From assembly GCA_963695095.1 (NCBI GenBank), contig CAVOFT010000001.1, forward strand, positions 864,001-928,000: a DNA stretch of 64,000 nucleotides, read 5' to 3'. Shown in pieces: positions 20,812 through 30,545 of the stretch (the stretch's first letter is position 1; each line of letters opens with the position of its first letter). The stretch comes from an uncultured bacterium (GTDB lineage Bacteria; Krumholzibacteriota; Krumholzibacteriia; JACNKJ01). Both the position numbers and the translations under genes were made by a program. The notes under the pieces are model-generated. The model worked only from the letters and a program-made list of their open reading frames with translations, searched no databases and was not told where the DNA came from.

Positions 20812-21709
20812 CGCGCAGCCGATCGGGATGGCGAGCCCGGCCCCGCTGGCTGCCGCCGGCTGCGCGGCGCGGGTCGCGGATTGCCGTCGGGACGGCGCGC
20901 TCTACTGGGATCTGCGCCTGGAGGCGCCGGACCTGCCCGCCGGCCTCCCCGGGCAGTTCTCCCTGCTCGGGCCCTCCGCCCCGGGCGCCTGGGATCCCCT
21001 GCTGCCGCGGCCGCTCAGCCTGCTCGATGCGGGCGCGGGCTGGCAGCGCTTCCTCTTCAAGGTGGTCGGCCGCGGCACGGCGGCCCTGGCGGCCCTGCGT
21101 CCGGGCGAGTTCGTCTCGCTGATCGGCCCCCTGGGCCGCCCCTTCGGCGGTCTGCCGGCTGCCGGCGCCGCAGCGGCGGGCGCGCAGGGCGCCGCAGTGA
21201 GCCCGCCAGTCCTCGTGGGCGGCGGCGTGGGCATCCCGCCCCTGCACTTCCTCGCGCGCCGGCTGGCCGCCGCCGACCTGCCGGTGCGGCTGCTCTTCGG
21301 CTTCAACAGCGCCGCGGAGATCCCGCGCGCCCTGCTCGCTGAGTTCGCCGCGGAGCTTCGGCTCTGCACCCTGGACGGCTCGGCGGGCGAGCGCGGCAAT
21401 CCGGTGGCCCTGCTGGCGGCCACCCGCGGCGAGGGGCCGCTGGCGATCAAGGGCTGCGGCCCGGCCCCCATGCTCGCGGCCCTGCGCGAGGCCCTCCGCC
21501 CCGAGGACCAGCTCGAGCTATCATTGGAGGAGCACATGGCCTGCGGCGTCGGCGTCTGCCGCGGCTGCATGGTGGCGGTGGCCGACGGCGCCGGCGGCTG
21601 GCGCTACGCCACGGTCTGCCGGGAGGGGCCCGTCTTCGACGCGAGGGAGCTGGCCGGCGGTCCGGCCAGGGCCGGCGCCCACCCGGACGCGGGGCAGGGC
21701 CATGTCTGA
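20801..21709 (+). CDS. pyrK: Dihydroorotate dehydrogenase electron-transfer subunit
   Basis: PGQF, RPLS, GPLGRPF, GGGVGIPP, CGP..M, E..MACGVGVCRGC...CREGPVF. Confidence 0.92.
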   Translation: MSPDAQPIGMASPAPLAAAGCAARVADCRRDGALYWDLRLEAPDLPAGLPGQFSLLGPSAPGAWDPLLPRPLSLLDAGAGWQRFLFKVVGRGTAALAALRPGEFVSLIGPLGRPFGGLPAAGAAAAGAQGAAVSPPVLVGGGVGIPPLHFLARRLAAADLPVRLLFGFNSAAEIPRALLAEFAAELRLCTLDGSAGERGNPVALLAATRGEGPLAIKGCGPAPMLAALREALRPEDQLELSLEEHMACGVGVCRGCMVAVADGAGGWRYATVCREGPVFDARELAGGPARAGAHPDAGQGHV

Positions 21710-22646
21710 GCGCGCCCTCGCCGTGTCCCTGGCCACGCGGGTGGGCGCGCTCACCCTGGCGAACCCCTTGCTCGCGGCCTCGGGCTGCTTCGGCTACGGC
21801 CTCGACTACGACCCGCTCCTGCCGCCGGAGGCCTTCGGGGCCGTGGTCACGAAGACGATCACGCCGGCCGCGCGCCAGGGCAACCCGATGCCGCGCATCG
21901 CCGAGACGCCGGCGGGCATGCTCAACTCCATCGGCCTGGAGAACGTGGGGCTCGAGGCCTTCCTCGCCGAGAAACTGCCGGCCCTGGCGGCGCGGGGCGT
22001 CTCGCCCGTGGTCTCGATCGCGGCGAGCTCGGCCCGCGAGTTCGCGGCGATGGCCGCGCGCCTGGAGCGGGCGCCCGCAGCCCTGCTCGCCCTCGAGCTG
22101 AACCTGAGCTGCCCGAACCTGGCCGAGCACGGGGCCAACTTCGCCACCGACCCCGCGGCCGTGCAGGCGATCACCCGGGCGGTGAAGGATGCCTTCGGGC
22201 GCGGGCCGGTCTGGGCGAAGCTGAGTCCGAACGTCACCGACATCGGTCTCGTCGCCAAGGCGGCCGAGGCCGGCGGCGCCGACGCGATCGCCGCCATCAA
22301 CACCCTGCTCGGCATGGACATCGATCTCGCCACGGGCCGGAGCCCCTTCGCCCGCGTGACGGCCGGGCTCTCGGGCCCGGCCATCTTCCCCGTCGCGCTG
22401 GCGGCGGTCTGGCGGGTGGCGCAGAGCGTGCAGATCCCGGTGGTGGCCATCGGCGGCGCGGCCAGCGCGGCGATGGTGCTCAAGTTCCTGGCCGCGGGGG
22501 CCAGCGCCGTGCAGCTCGGCACGGCGCTCTACACGGACCCGGGCCTGCCGCCGCGCCTGCTGGCGGAGCTGGCCGAGACCCTGCGCGCCCAGGGCTGCGC
22601 GAACCTGGACGCGCTGCGCGCCCACTGGCTGGAGGCCTCGCGATGA
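21702..22646 (+). CDS. pyrD: Dihydroorotate dehydrogenase (family 1B) catalytic subunit
   Basis: ASGCFGYG, GNP.PRIAET, NSIGLEN, ELNLSCPN, KLSPNVT, INT, GLSGPAI. Confidence 0.96.
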   Translation: MSERALAVSLATRVGALTLANPLLAASGCFGYGLDYDPLLPPEAFGAVVTKTITPAARQGNPMPRIAETPAGMLNSIGLENVGLEAFLAEKLPALAARGVSPVVSIAASSAREFAAMAARLERAPAALLALELNLSCPNLAEHGANFATDPAAVQAITRAVKDAFGRGPVWAKLSPNVTDIGLVAKAAEAGGADAIAAINTLLGMDIDLATGRSPFARVTAGLSGPAIFPVALAAVWRVAQSVQIPVVAIGGAASAAMVLKFLAAGASAVQLGTALYTDPGLPPRLLAELAETLRAQGCANLDALRAHWLEASR

Positions 22647-23392
22647 CATCCACCGATCCGCTCGCCCGGCGCCTCTTCATCGCCCTCGACGTGCCGAATC
22701 GCGGGGCGGCCGAGGAGCTGGCCGTGCAGCTCGCGCCTCTGGCGGTGGGCCTCAAGGTGGGGCTGGAGCTCTTCAGCGCCGAGGGGCCCTGGCTGGTGCG
22801 GCGCCTGGCCGCGGCAGCGCCCCTGTTCCTCGACCTCAAGTATCACGACATTCCCGCCACGGTGGCCCGCGCCACCGCCGCCGCCACGCGGCTCGGCGTG
22901 GCGATGCTCAACCTGCACATCGCGGGCGGCGAAGCGATGGCGCGCGCCGCCCTCGCCGCGCGGGACGAGGCGGCCGCCGCCGCGGGGCTGGCCGCGCCGC
23001 GGCTCATCGGCGTCACCGTGCTGACCAGCCTGGACGGGGCCGACCTCGCCGCGGCCTGGGGCGCCACGACCCCGCGCGACGCCGGCGCGGAGGCCCTGCG
23101 CCTCGCTCGCCGTGCACAGGACTGGGGCCTGGACGGCGTCGTCGCCTCGGCCCAGGAGGCCGCGGCCATCCGCGCGGCCTGCGGGCCGGACTTCCTCATC
23201 ATCACGCCGGGCATTCGCCCCGCGGGGAGCGCGGCCGGGGACCAGAAGCGGGTGCTGGGCCCGGCCGCGGCGCTGGCCGCCGGCGCCAGCCACCTCGTGG
23301 TCGGCCGGCCGGTGACGGCCGCCGCCGATCCGGCCGCCGCCTGCCGCGACCTGCTGGCGGCGATGGCCGCCGCGGCCCCCCCGGCGCCCTGA
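22643..23392 (+). CDS. pyrF: Orotidine-5'-phosphate decarboxylase
   Basis: ALD, KVG.EL, DLKYHDIPATV, VTVLTS, TPGIRP, DQKR, VVGRP. Confidence 0.97.
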   Translation: MTSTDPLARRLFIALDVPNRGAAEELAVQLAPLAVGLKVGLELFSAEGPWLVRRLAAAAPLFLDLKYHDIPATVARATAAATRLGVAMLNLHIAGGEAMARAALAARDEAAAAAGLAAPRLIGVTVLTSLDGADLAAAWGATTPRDAGAEALRLARRAQDWGLDGVVASAQEAAAIRAACGPDFLIITPGIRPAGSAAGDQKRVLGPAAALAAGASHLVVGRPVTAAADPAAACRDLLAAMAAAAPPAP

Positions 23393-23457
23393 GGCCGGAC
23401 CCAGAAAGTCGGAATAGCAGGTTTCAATGTAGGAAATCTGCGCGCAACTCCCTTTCG

Positions 23458-23486
23458 TTGACATGATTAGGGCTTTCCTCTAGCCT
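23458..23486 (+). promoter_or_regulatory. Putative sigma70 promoter of the tssA-vgrG operon
   Basis: TTGACA(23458-63)-17 bp-TAGCCT(23481-86) in an AT-richer intergenic stretch. Confidence 0.7.
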
Positions 23487-23628
23487 GCCGGCAATCAGGT
23501 CCAGACGCCCTGTCCGGCCGATTCCGGTGGGTGAATCGGCACGGGCGCGTCCGTCGGATTCGCTTGGCCCGGCGTTCGGGTGGGGCCCCCTGGGCGGTCC
23601 ATCCGAGGCGGTGGGCACCGAGGAGGCC

Positions 23629-24696
23629 ATGCTCGACATCAATCATTTGCTGCAGCCCATCGCCGGCGCTTCGCCCGCGGGACCCAATCTCCGCCTGATC
23701 GCCTCGGACACCACCTTCCGCGACATCGACGAGCTGCGCCGCGAGGAGGACCCCAGCCTCACCTTCGGCGGCGAGGCGAAGCGGGCCGACTGGAACGGCG
23801 TGCTCAGGGCCTGCAGCGCCGCCCTCGCCGAGAAGAGCAAGGACCTGGAGCTGGCCGGCTGGCTGCTGCAGGCCCTCGCCCACCGCGAGGGCTGGGCGGG
23901 GCTCCAATCGGGTCTCGGCCTGCTGCAACGGCTGCTCGTCGACTACTGGGATGGCCTGCACCCGGGCGAGGACGCGGGGGAGATCATCCTGCCCGTGCGG
24001 GCGCGGCCGCTGTCCTGGGTGGGCACCAGCCACGAATTCCTCAGCGCCGTGCGCGGCATTCCGCTCACGGCCGCCCTCGGCGACCGGCCGCGCAGCTGGC
24101 GGGACTACGAGGATTCGCAGCGCGTCGAGGGGGCCAGCCGCAGCGCCGACACGAGCAAGTTCAACGAGCTCATGGAGGCCGGGCTCACCACTCCCGAGCA
24201 GTGGCAGGCGGCCTTCGCCGGCACGGATCCCGCGCAGCTGGCCGCCGTCGGGGAAGCCATCGCCGGCTGCCAGGCCGAGCTGCGCGCCCTGGACACGCTC
24301 TGCGCCGAGCGCTTCGGGGACAGCGCGCCCTACTTCACGGATCTCAGCAACCTGCTCGTCGAGATCGCCGAGCACCTGCAGCGCTTCGCGGCCGGCGGCC
24401 CGGCTCCGGCCGGTGGCGCGGACTACGCGAGCGAGTTGCCCGGAGCGCCGGCGGCCCGCGCCGCGAGCGCCGCCGCGGGCGGTCTCGGCTCCCGGGATCA
24501 AGCCTACCGGCAACTCAAGGAAGCGGCCGACTACCTGCGCCGCACCGAGCCGCACAGCCCGGTGCCCGCGCTCGTGGACCGGGCCATCCGCTGGGGGGAG
24601 ATGCCCTTCAACCAGCTCTTCAAGGACGTGATTCGCGACGACAACGCCCGCCGGCAGATCATCGAGCTGCTTGGCCTGCCCTACGAAAACGACTAG
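23629..24696 (+). CDS. tssA: T6SS protein TssA (short, ImpA_N type)
   Basis: LLQPI....PAG, ADW, SKDL, YWD.LHP. C-terminal SRDQAY..L...A.Y....EPHSPVP.L..RA..WG.M. Confidence 0.93.
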   Translation: MLDINHLLQPIAGASPAGPNLRLIASDTTFRDIDELRREEDPSLTFGGEAKRADWNGVLRACSAALAEKSKDLELAGWLLQALAHREGWAGLQSGLGLLQRLLVDYWDGLHPGEDAGEIILPVRARPLSWVGTSHEFLSAVRGIPLTAALGDRPRSWRDYEDSQRVEGASRSADTSKFNELMEAGLTTPEQWQAAFAGTDPAQLAAVGEAIAGCQAELRALDTLCAERFGDSAPYFTDLSNLLVEIAEHLQRFAAGGPAPAGGADYASELPGAPAARAASAAAGGLGSRDQAYRQLKEAADYLRRTEPHSPVPALVDRAIRWGEMPFNQLFKDVIRDDNARRQIIELLGLPYEND

Positions 24697-24723
24697 GCCT
24701 TCGCCAACCGCCAGGAGGAGACG

Positions 24724-25256
24724 ATGGGAGAAAGCATTTACGACAAGAAGGGCCGGGTGCGGCCGCCGCGCGTGCACATCTCGTACGACGTCGAGCTGAA
24801 CGGGGCGCATGGTGCATGAAGGAGCTCCCCTTCGTTGTCGGCGTGATGGCCGATCTCTCCGGCAATCCGGCCCAGCCGCTGCCCAAGCCGATGGACCGCA
24901 AGTTCACCGAGATCGACCGCGACAACTTCGACGACGTGCTCCGGACCATGAAGCCGCGCCTGGCCTACAAGGTGGAGAACACCCTGGCCGGTGACGGCAG
25001 CGAGCTGTCGGTGGAGCTGAACTTCAAGAAGCTGGACGACTTCAGCCCGGAGCAGGTCGCCGGCCAGGTGGCGCCGCTCAAGGACCTCATGGAAGTGCGC
25101 GACCAGCTCAAGGCCCTGCTCAGCAAGACCGAGGGCAACGATCGGCTCGAGGAGCTGCTCAACGCCATCCTCGAGAACGAGGACATGCGCGACAAGCTGA
25201 AGGACGTGCTGGGCGCCGCGGGGCCGCAGCCGGGCCAGACCGAGGGGGGTAACTGA
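24724..25256 (+). CDS. tssB: T6SS sheath small subunit; frameshifted near 24805-24817
   Basis: RVRPPRVHISYDVE..GA, then KELPFVVGVMADLSG, IDRDNFD, DFSPE.V..QV..L. Confidence 0.92.
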
Positions 25257-25257
25257 A

Positions 25258-26754
25258 ATGGCGCAGAAGAAGAAGGCGACGCCCGTCTCGGAGCTGATCA
25301 CCGCAGGACGGGCAGAGCATCCTCGATGACCTGCTCGAGACCGGCATCAAGCCGCGGGAGCCGGCGGCCAAGGAGCACGGCCAGGCCCTGATCAAGAACC
25401 TCGTCGAGCAGCTCCTGGACCCGGGCACCGTGGTGGCCGAAGGGCGTGACGCGCACGATCAACCAGCGCATCGCGGCCATCGACGCGGTGATCTCCAAGC
25501 AGCTCAACGCGATCATGCACACGCCGGAGTTCCAGAAGCTGGAGGCCTCCTGGCGCGGGCTGCACCAGCTGGTCATGAACACCGAGACCGGCGAGATCGA
25601 TGAAGATCCGCGTGCTCAACATGAGCAAGAAGGACATGCTGCGCGACTTCCAGGCCGCCATCGGAGTTCACCGAGAGCGCGCTCTGGAAGAAGATCTACG
25701 AGTACGAGTTCGGCCTCTACGGCGGCGATCCCTACGGCGCCCTCGTCGGCGACTACGAGTTCGACCGCGGGCCGCAGGACATCGAGCTGCTCGAGCACCT
25801 GTCGCACGTGGCGGCGGCGGCGCACGCGCCGTTCATCTCGGCCGCGGGCTCGGGCATGTTCGGCCTGGACAGCTTCAGCGATCTGCCCAACCCGCGCGAC
25901 CTGGCCAAGATCTTCGACAAGAGCAACCCCGAGAACACGAAGTGGCTTTCCTTCCGCGACTCGGAGGACGCGCGCTTCGTGGCGCTCACCGCTGCCGCAC
26001 GTCCTCGGCCGCTTGCCCTACGGCAAGAGCACGGTGCCGGTGGAGGCCTTCGACTTCGAGGAGGACGTGGACGGCTCCGACCACGACAAGTACCTGTGGA
26101 CCAACTGCGCCTACGCCTTCGCCGGCCGGCTGACGGCCGCCTTCGCCAAGCACCACTGGTGCGTGGCGATTCGCGGCCCCGAGGGCGGCGGCCTCGTGGA
26201 GGGCCTGCCCATCCACGCCTTCAAGACCCGCGAGGGCGACGTGGGCGCCAAGGTGCCCACCGAGGTGGTCATCCCGGACACGCGCGAGAAGGAGCTGTCG
26301 GACCTGGGCTTCATCCCGCTCGTCCACTGCAAGAACACCGACTACGCCGCCTTCTTCGGGGCCAACTCGGTGCAGCGCCCGAAGGTCTACAAGGAGGCGG
26401 CGGCCACGGCCAACGCGGACCTCTCGCGCAAGATCCAGTACCTGATGGCCACGTCGCGCATCGCGCACTACCTGAAGGCGATCTGCCGCGACAAGATCGG
26501 CGTCCTTCGCGTCGCGCAGCGAGGTGCAGACCTTCCTCAACAACTGGATCAACCAACTACGTCCTGAACCAGGACGAGGCGACCCAGGAGCAGAAGGCCG
26601 GCTGCCGCTGCGCGAGGCCCGCATCGAGGTCACGGAGGACAAGGCCAAGCCCGGCTCCTACAAGGCCGTGGCCTATCTCCGGCCCCACTTCCAGCTCGAG
26701 GAGCTGAAGGTATCCTTGCGCCTGGTGGCCGATCTGCCCCAGGCGGCGAAGTAG
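25258..26754 (+). CDS. tssC: T6SS sheath large subunit; about eight single-base frameshifts
   Basis: Fragments [48 protein letters not shown]...[37 protein letters not shown]. Confidence 0.92.
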
Positions 26755-26767
26755 ACAAGCACGCCCG

Positions 26768-26796
26768 GGTCGTCCCGCCCGCGCGGCGGGGCGACC
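26768..26796 (+). other. 12-bp stem-loop between tssC and hcp
   Basis: GGTCGTCCCGCC-cgcgc-GGCGGGGCGACC (one G-U pair), with no U tail. Confidence 0.55.
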
Positions 26797-26850
26797 GCGG
26801 CCGTCCCCCGGGACGCCCGCATCCACACTGACCGTCACAAAGGAGTCGAG

Positions 26851-27336
26851 ATGGCCGTTTCCATGTATCTGAAGATCGACGGCGTGCCCGGGGACGCCAC
26901 GGGCAGCACCTATGGCGACATCGAGGTCCTATCCTACAGCCACGGCGTCAGCCAGAGCGCCACGCGGGCCTCCGCCGTGGGCGGCGGCGCCTCGGGCGAA
27001 ACCCACCACGCGGACTTCACGGTGATCAAGGCCCTGGACAGCTCCTCGCCCCTGCTCGCCCAGAAGTGCAGCCAGGGCGAGACGATCGCCAATGTCGTGC
27101 TCACGCTGGTGCGGACGGGCACAGGCGCGCCGGTGCCCTACATGACCTACAAGCTCGAGCAGGTGATCATCTCGAACGTCTCGCCGGGCGGCGCCAAGGA
27201 ATCCGACTGGGTGACCGAGAGCTTGAGCTTCAATTATGCCAAGATCTCCTGGGAGTTCACCAAGCAGAAGCGCGCCGACGGCAGCGGCGGCGGCAAGACC
27301 ACCGGCTCCTGGGATCTCGTCGCCCACCACGCCTGA
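26851..27336 (+). CDS. hcp: T6SS tube protein Hcp
   Basis: YLKIDGVPG, IEVLSYSHGVSQ, K.LD.SSP.L, Y..Y.L..V.IS, ESLSFNYAKI.W. Confidence 0.95.
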   Translation: MAVSMYLKIDGVPGDATGSTYGDIEVLSYSHGVSQSATRASAVGGGASGETHHADFTVIKALDSSSPLLAQKCSQGETIANVVLTLVRTGTGAPVPYMTYKLEQVIISNVSPGGAKESDWVTESLSFNYAKISWEFTKQKRADGSGGGKTTGSWDLVAHHA

Positions 27337-27373
27337 TCGAGACAGCGGCGAGGATTCGCCCGGGGGAGAACGC

Positions 27374-28180
27374 ATGGAGGCCGAGAAGCTCTTCAGCGCC
27401 GGTCGCCTCGAGGAGGCCATCGCTGCCCAGCTGGGCGCGGTGAAGGCCGCGCCGACGGACACCGATCGGCGCTACTTCCTCTTCGGGCTGCTGGCCTTCA
27501 CGGGTGACTGGGAGCGCGCGGGCCGCCAGCTCGACGCCCTCGGCGTTCAGGACGAGGCGATCGCGGCGGGCGGGCGCGTTTACCGCCTGCTGCTCGACGC
27601 GGAGCTGGAGCGCCGCGCGGTCTGGGAGCAGGGCAAGGCGCCGCTGAGCGCGCCCGACCCGCCCGCGCATCTGGAGTCGCGACTGGCGCTGGTGGCGGCC
27701 CTCGCCGCGGGGGATCTCGCCGCCGCCGAGGCGGCGCAGGCGGCGGCCGTGGCGGCGGCGCCCGGCCTGCGCGGGTCGATCAACGGTCAGCCGCTGCGCG
27801 GCCTGCGCGATCAGGACGATGTGCTCGGTTCGCTGATCGAGGTTTTCGCGGGGGGCCGCTGTCTCTGGCTGCCGCTGGAGCACTTGCGCAGCCTGACCTG
27901 CGCGCCGCCCCGGCACCTGCTCGATCTGATCTGGCTGCCGGCGCAGCTTTGCGATGCCAGTGGCGTCGAGGCCAACGTCCACCTGCCCGCGCTCTACGCC
28001 GGTAGCGGCCGGGCCGCCGATGACGGCTTGCGCCTGGGCCGCGGCACGGACTGGGTGGACCAGGGGGCCGCCATCTGGCGGGGCGTGGGCCAGCGCCTGC
28101 TGGCCTACGCGGACGGCGAGGAGGCGCTGCAGACCCTGGGCCTGCTGGAGCTGCGCTCCCTGAGCCTCGAGGCGGTCTGA
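27374..28180 (+). CDS. tagJ: T6SS accessory protein TagJ/ImpE
   Basis: G.L.EAI......VK..P.D...R..LF.LL...GDWERA..QL, D.D..LG...EV, DLIW.PA, PALY, LGR.TDW, G.GQR. Confidence 0.9.
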   Translation: MEAEKLFSAGRLEEAIAAQLGAVKAAPTDTDRRYFLFGLLAFTGDWERAGRQLDALGVQDEAIAAGGRVYRLLLDAELERRAVWEQGKAPLSAPDPPAHLESRLALVAALAAGDLAAAEAAQAAAVAAAPGLRGSINGQPLRGLRDQDDVLGSLIEVFAGGRCLWLPLEHLRSLTCAPPRHLLDLIWLPAQLCDASGVEANVHLPALYAGSGRAADDGLRLGRGTDWVDQGAAIWRGVGQRLLAYADGEEALQTLGLLELRSLSLEAV

Positions 28181-28200
28181 GCCCAACAACGAGGAGTGGC

Positions 28201-28686
28201 ATGAGCAGCCGGCCGGGCGAGGTGTTGAGGAGTTCCGTGATCGACCGCATCCTCGCCGACGGTGGCGGCGGTCGCAGCGTCGACCTGCGCATCAGCGTCG
28301 AGGAGCTGCGGCGTGCCCTGCGTCGGGACATCGAGTGGCTGCTCAACAGCAAGCAGCCCGGCTTGATGGCGATGGTCGGCAAGCCGGAGTGCGCCGCCTC
28401 CATCCTGAACTACGGCGTCCCCGACATCACGCAGTTCCATAGCCACAGCCAGCACGATCGCGCCGAACTCTGCCGCCTGATCACCGCCGCCCTGCGCAGC
28501 TTCGAGCCGCGCCTGCTGCCCGAATCGCTGCGCGTGGAGTTCGTGGAGGCCCGCGGCGCGGCGGGTCTGGATCTGCACTTCCGCATCAGCGGCGTGCTGC
28601 ACGTGGATCCCATCCACGAACCGATCGCCTTCGACACCAGCGTCGAGGTCGAGACGGGGAGCTTCGCGCTCCAGGCGGCCGACTGA
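28201..28686 (+). CDS. tssE: T6SS baseplate subunit (gp25-like)
   Basis: S..DR, RDIEWLLN, SILNYGVPD, FEPRL, F.I.G, FDT. Confidence 0.93.
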   Translation: MSSRPGEVLRSSVIDRILADGGGGRSVDLRISVEELRRALRRDIEWLLNSKQPGLMAMVGKPECAASILNYGVPDITQFHSHSQHDRAELCRLITAALRSFEPRLLPESLRVEFVEARGAAGLDLHFRISGVLHVDPIHEPIAFDTSVEVETGSFALQAAD

Positions 28687-30545
28687 TGCGCGACGAGCTG
28701 CTCACCTACTACGAGCGCGAGCTGCGCTTCATCCGCCGCCTGGCGGGCGACTTCGCCGAGCGCTACCCGGCCGTGGCCCAGCAGCTCGTGCTCGGCGCCG
28801 AGCGCGCGGACGACCCGCACGTGGAGCGGCTGATCGAGGCCTTCGCGATGCTGACGGCGCGCGTGCAGCTCAAGCTGGACGACGAGTATCCCCAGATCAC
28901 CGAGGCCCTGCTCCAGCGGCTCTTCCCGGAATTCCTGGCGCCGCTGCCCTCCTTGACGCTGCTCGAGTTCGAGCTGGATCCCGGCCGCCGCGAGGCGACG
29001 ACGGCGCTCAAGGTGCCGCGGCACTCGCTGCTGCACACGCGCCCGGTGGACGGGGTGCGCTGCTACTTCCGCAGCTGCTACGACGTCGAGCTGTGGCCCA
29101 TCGCCGTGCAGGCGGTGGACCTGATCAAGCTGGGGCGGGGCGTGCCCCATTGCCCACCCGGCGTGACGGCCGCCCTGCGCATCCAGCTGGGCACCCTGGG
29201 CAGCCAGACCTTCGCGGACTTGCCCATCGACCGCCTGCGCTTCCACCTGGACGGCGAGAGCGGCCTCACCCACGCTCTCTACGAGCTGCTCTTCCGCGAC
29301 CCGCGCGGCCTGCTCCTGCGCGTGCCCGGCAAGCCGGAGACGGCCGTGCCGCTGCCGGCGGCGGCGCTCAGCCCCGGCGGCTTCGCCGCCGAGGAGTCGC
29401 TGCTCGGGGAGGCGCGCGGAGCCCGGCGGCCCCTGCGGCTCCTGCAGGAGTTCTTCTGGTTTCCCAAGAAGTTCCTCTTCGTCGATATCGAAGGGCTGGA
29501 TCTGATCGGGCGCAAGCTGCGCAGCCGGCAGCTCGAGCTGCTCGTCCTGCTCGACCAGCTGCCGCTGGCCCTGGAGGGCAGCGTCGAGGCGGCCAATTTC
29601 AAGCTGGGCTGCACGCCGGCCGTGAACCTCTTTCCTCAGCAGGCCGAGCCCATCCGCTGCGAGGGCAACCTGGCCGAGTACCGGGTGCTGCCCGACATGC
29701 GCTCGCCCCTGGCCTACGAGGTGCAGCGCATCCTCGCGGTCGAGGGCATCGACGCCGCGAGCGGAGGCCAGCGGGAGTACCGTCCCTTCTACGCCCTGCG
29801 CCATGGCGATCCCGCCCTGGAGTCGCTCGCCTTCTGGGAGGCCCGCCGCCGCGGCTCCCTGCGCAAGGGCGACGAGGGGAGCGAGGTCTATCTGAGCCTC
29901 GTGGACCGCGGCCGGCAGCCGGCGGCGGCCGCCGGCGAGACCCTGGTGGTCAAGACGCTCTGCAGCAACCGCGACTTGCCGGCGCGCCTGGCCATGGGCG
30001 ACCCCAGCGGCGACTTCAGCATCGAGGGTCAGCCGGGGGTCGGCCGCATCCGCACCTTGCAGAAGCCCACGCCCTGCTGGCGCCTGTCCCCCGACGGCCG
30101 CGAGCAGTGGCGGCTGCTCTCCCTGCTCAATCTCAACCACCTCTCCCTGGTCCGCTTCGACGCCGACGACGGAGCGCGGGCCGACCAGGACGCCGAGAGC
30201 GGGCCCGAGGCCTTCCGCGAGCTCCTGCGCGTGCTCGACTTCACCGGCTCGGCCAGCTCGCGCCAGCGCATCGAGGGCCTGCTCGACCTGCGCGCGCGCC
30301 GCGTGCTGCGCAAGATTCCCGTGGCCGGCCACCGCGTCTTCGCCCGCGGGCTGGAGCTGACGGTGGACCTGGACGAGGGCAAGTTCGCCGGCAGCGGCGT
30401 CTTCCTCTTCGCGGCCGTGCTCGAGCGCTTCTTCGCCCTCCACGCGAGCATCAACGCCTTCGTCGAGCTGACGGCCCGTGTGCGTCAGCGCGAGGGGGTG
30501 ATGAAGACATGGCCACCCCGCGCGGGCGAGAAGCCGCTCCTGTGA
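28686..30545 (+). CDS. tssF: T6SS baseplate subunit
   Basis: LL.YYERELR, DPHVERLIEAFA, LLQEFF.FP.KFLF, LGCTPAVNLF, W.L.S.L.LNHL, ASINAF, WPPR.G. Confidence 0.96.
   Translation: MRDELLTYYERELRFIRRLAGDFAERYPAVAQQLVLGAERADDPHVERLIEAFAMLTARVQLKLDDEYPQITEALLQRLFPEFLAPLPSLTLLEFELDPGRREATTALKVPRHSLLHTRPVDGVRCYFRSCYDVELWPIAVQAVDLIKLGRGVPHCPPGVTAALRIQLGTLGSQTFADLPIDRLRFHLDGESGLTHALYELLFRDPRGLLLRVPGKPETAVPLPAAALSPGGFAAEESLLGEARGARRPLRLLQEFFWFPKKFLFVDIEGLDLIGRKLRSRQLELLVLLDQLPLALEGSVEAANFKLGCTPAVNLFPQQAEPIRCEGNLAEYRVLPDMRSPLAYEVQRILAVEGIDAASGGQREYRPFYALRHGDPALESLAFWEARRRGSLRKGDEGSEVYLSLVDRGRQPAAAAGETLVVKTLCSNRDLPARLAMGDPSGDFSIEGQPGVGRIRTLQKPTPCWRLSPDGREQWRLLSLLNLNHLSLVRFDADDGARADQDAESGPEAFRELLRVLDFTGSASSRQRIEGLLDLRARRVLRKIPVAGHRVFARGLELTVDLDEGKFAGSGVFLFAAVLERFFALHASINAFVELTARVRQREGVMKTWPPRAGEKPLL

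Noticed and set aside
23393..23460. att sites or direct repeats bounding the T6SS region (compared with 62421-62458)
   Set aside because: No convincing shared sequence at the two junctions and no integrase in the window.
23408..23500. Shared GTCGGAA and GGCAATC words near the tssA and FHA-operon promoters (also 54182, 54227)
   Set aside because: Seven-base matches at inconsistent positions; could be chance.
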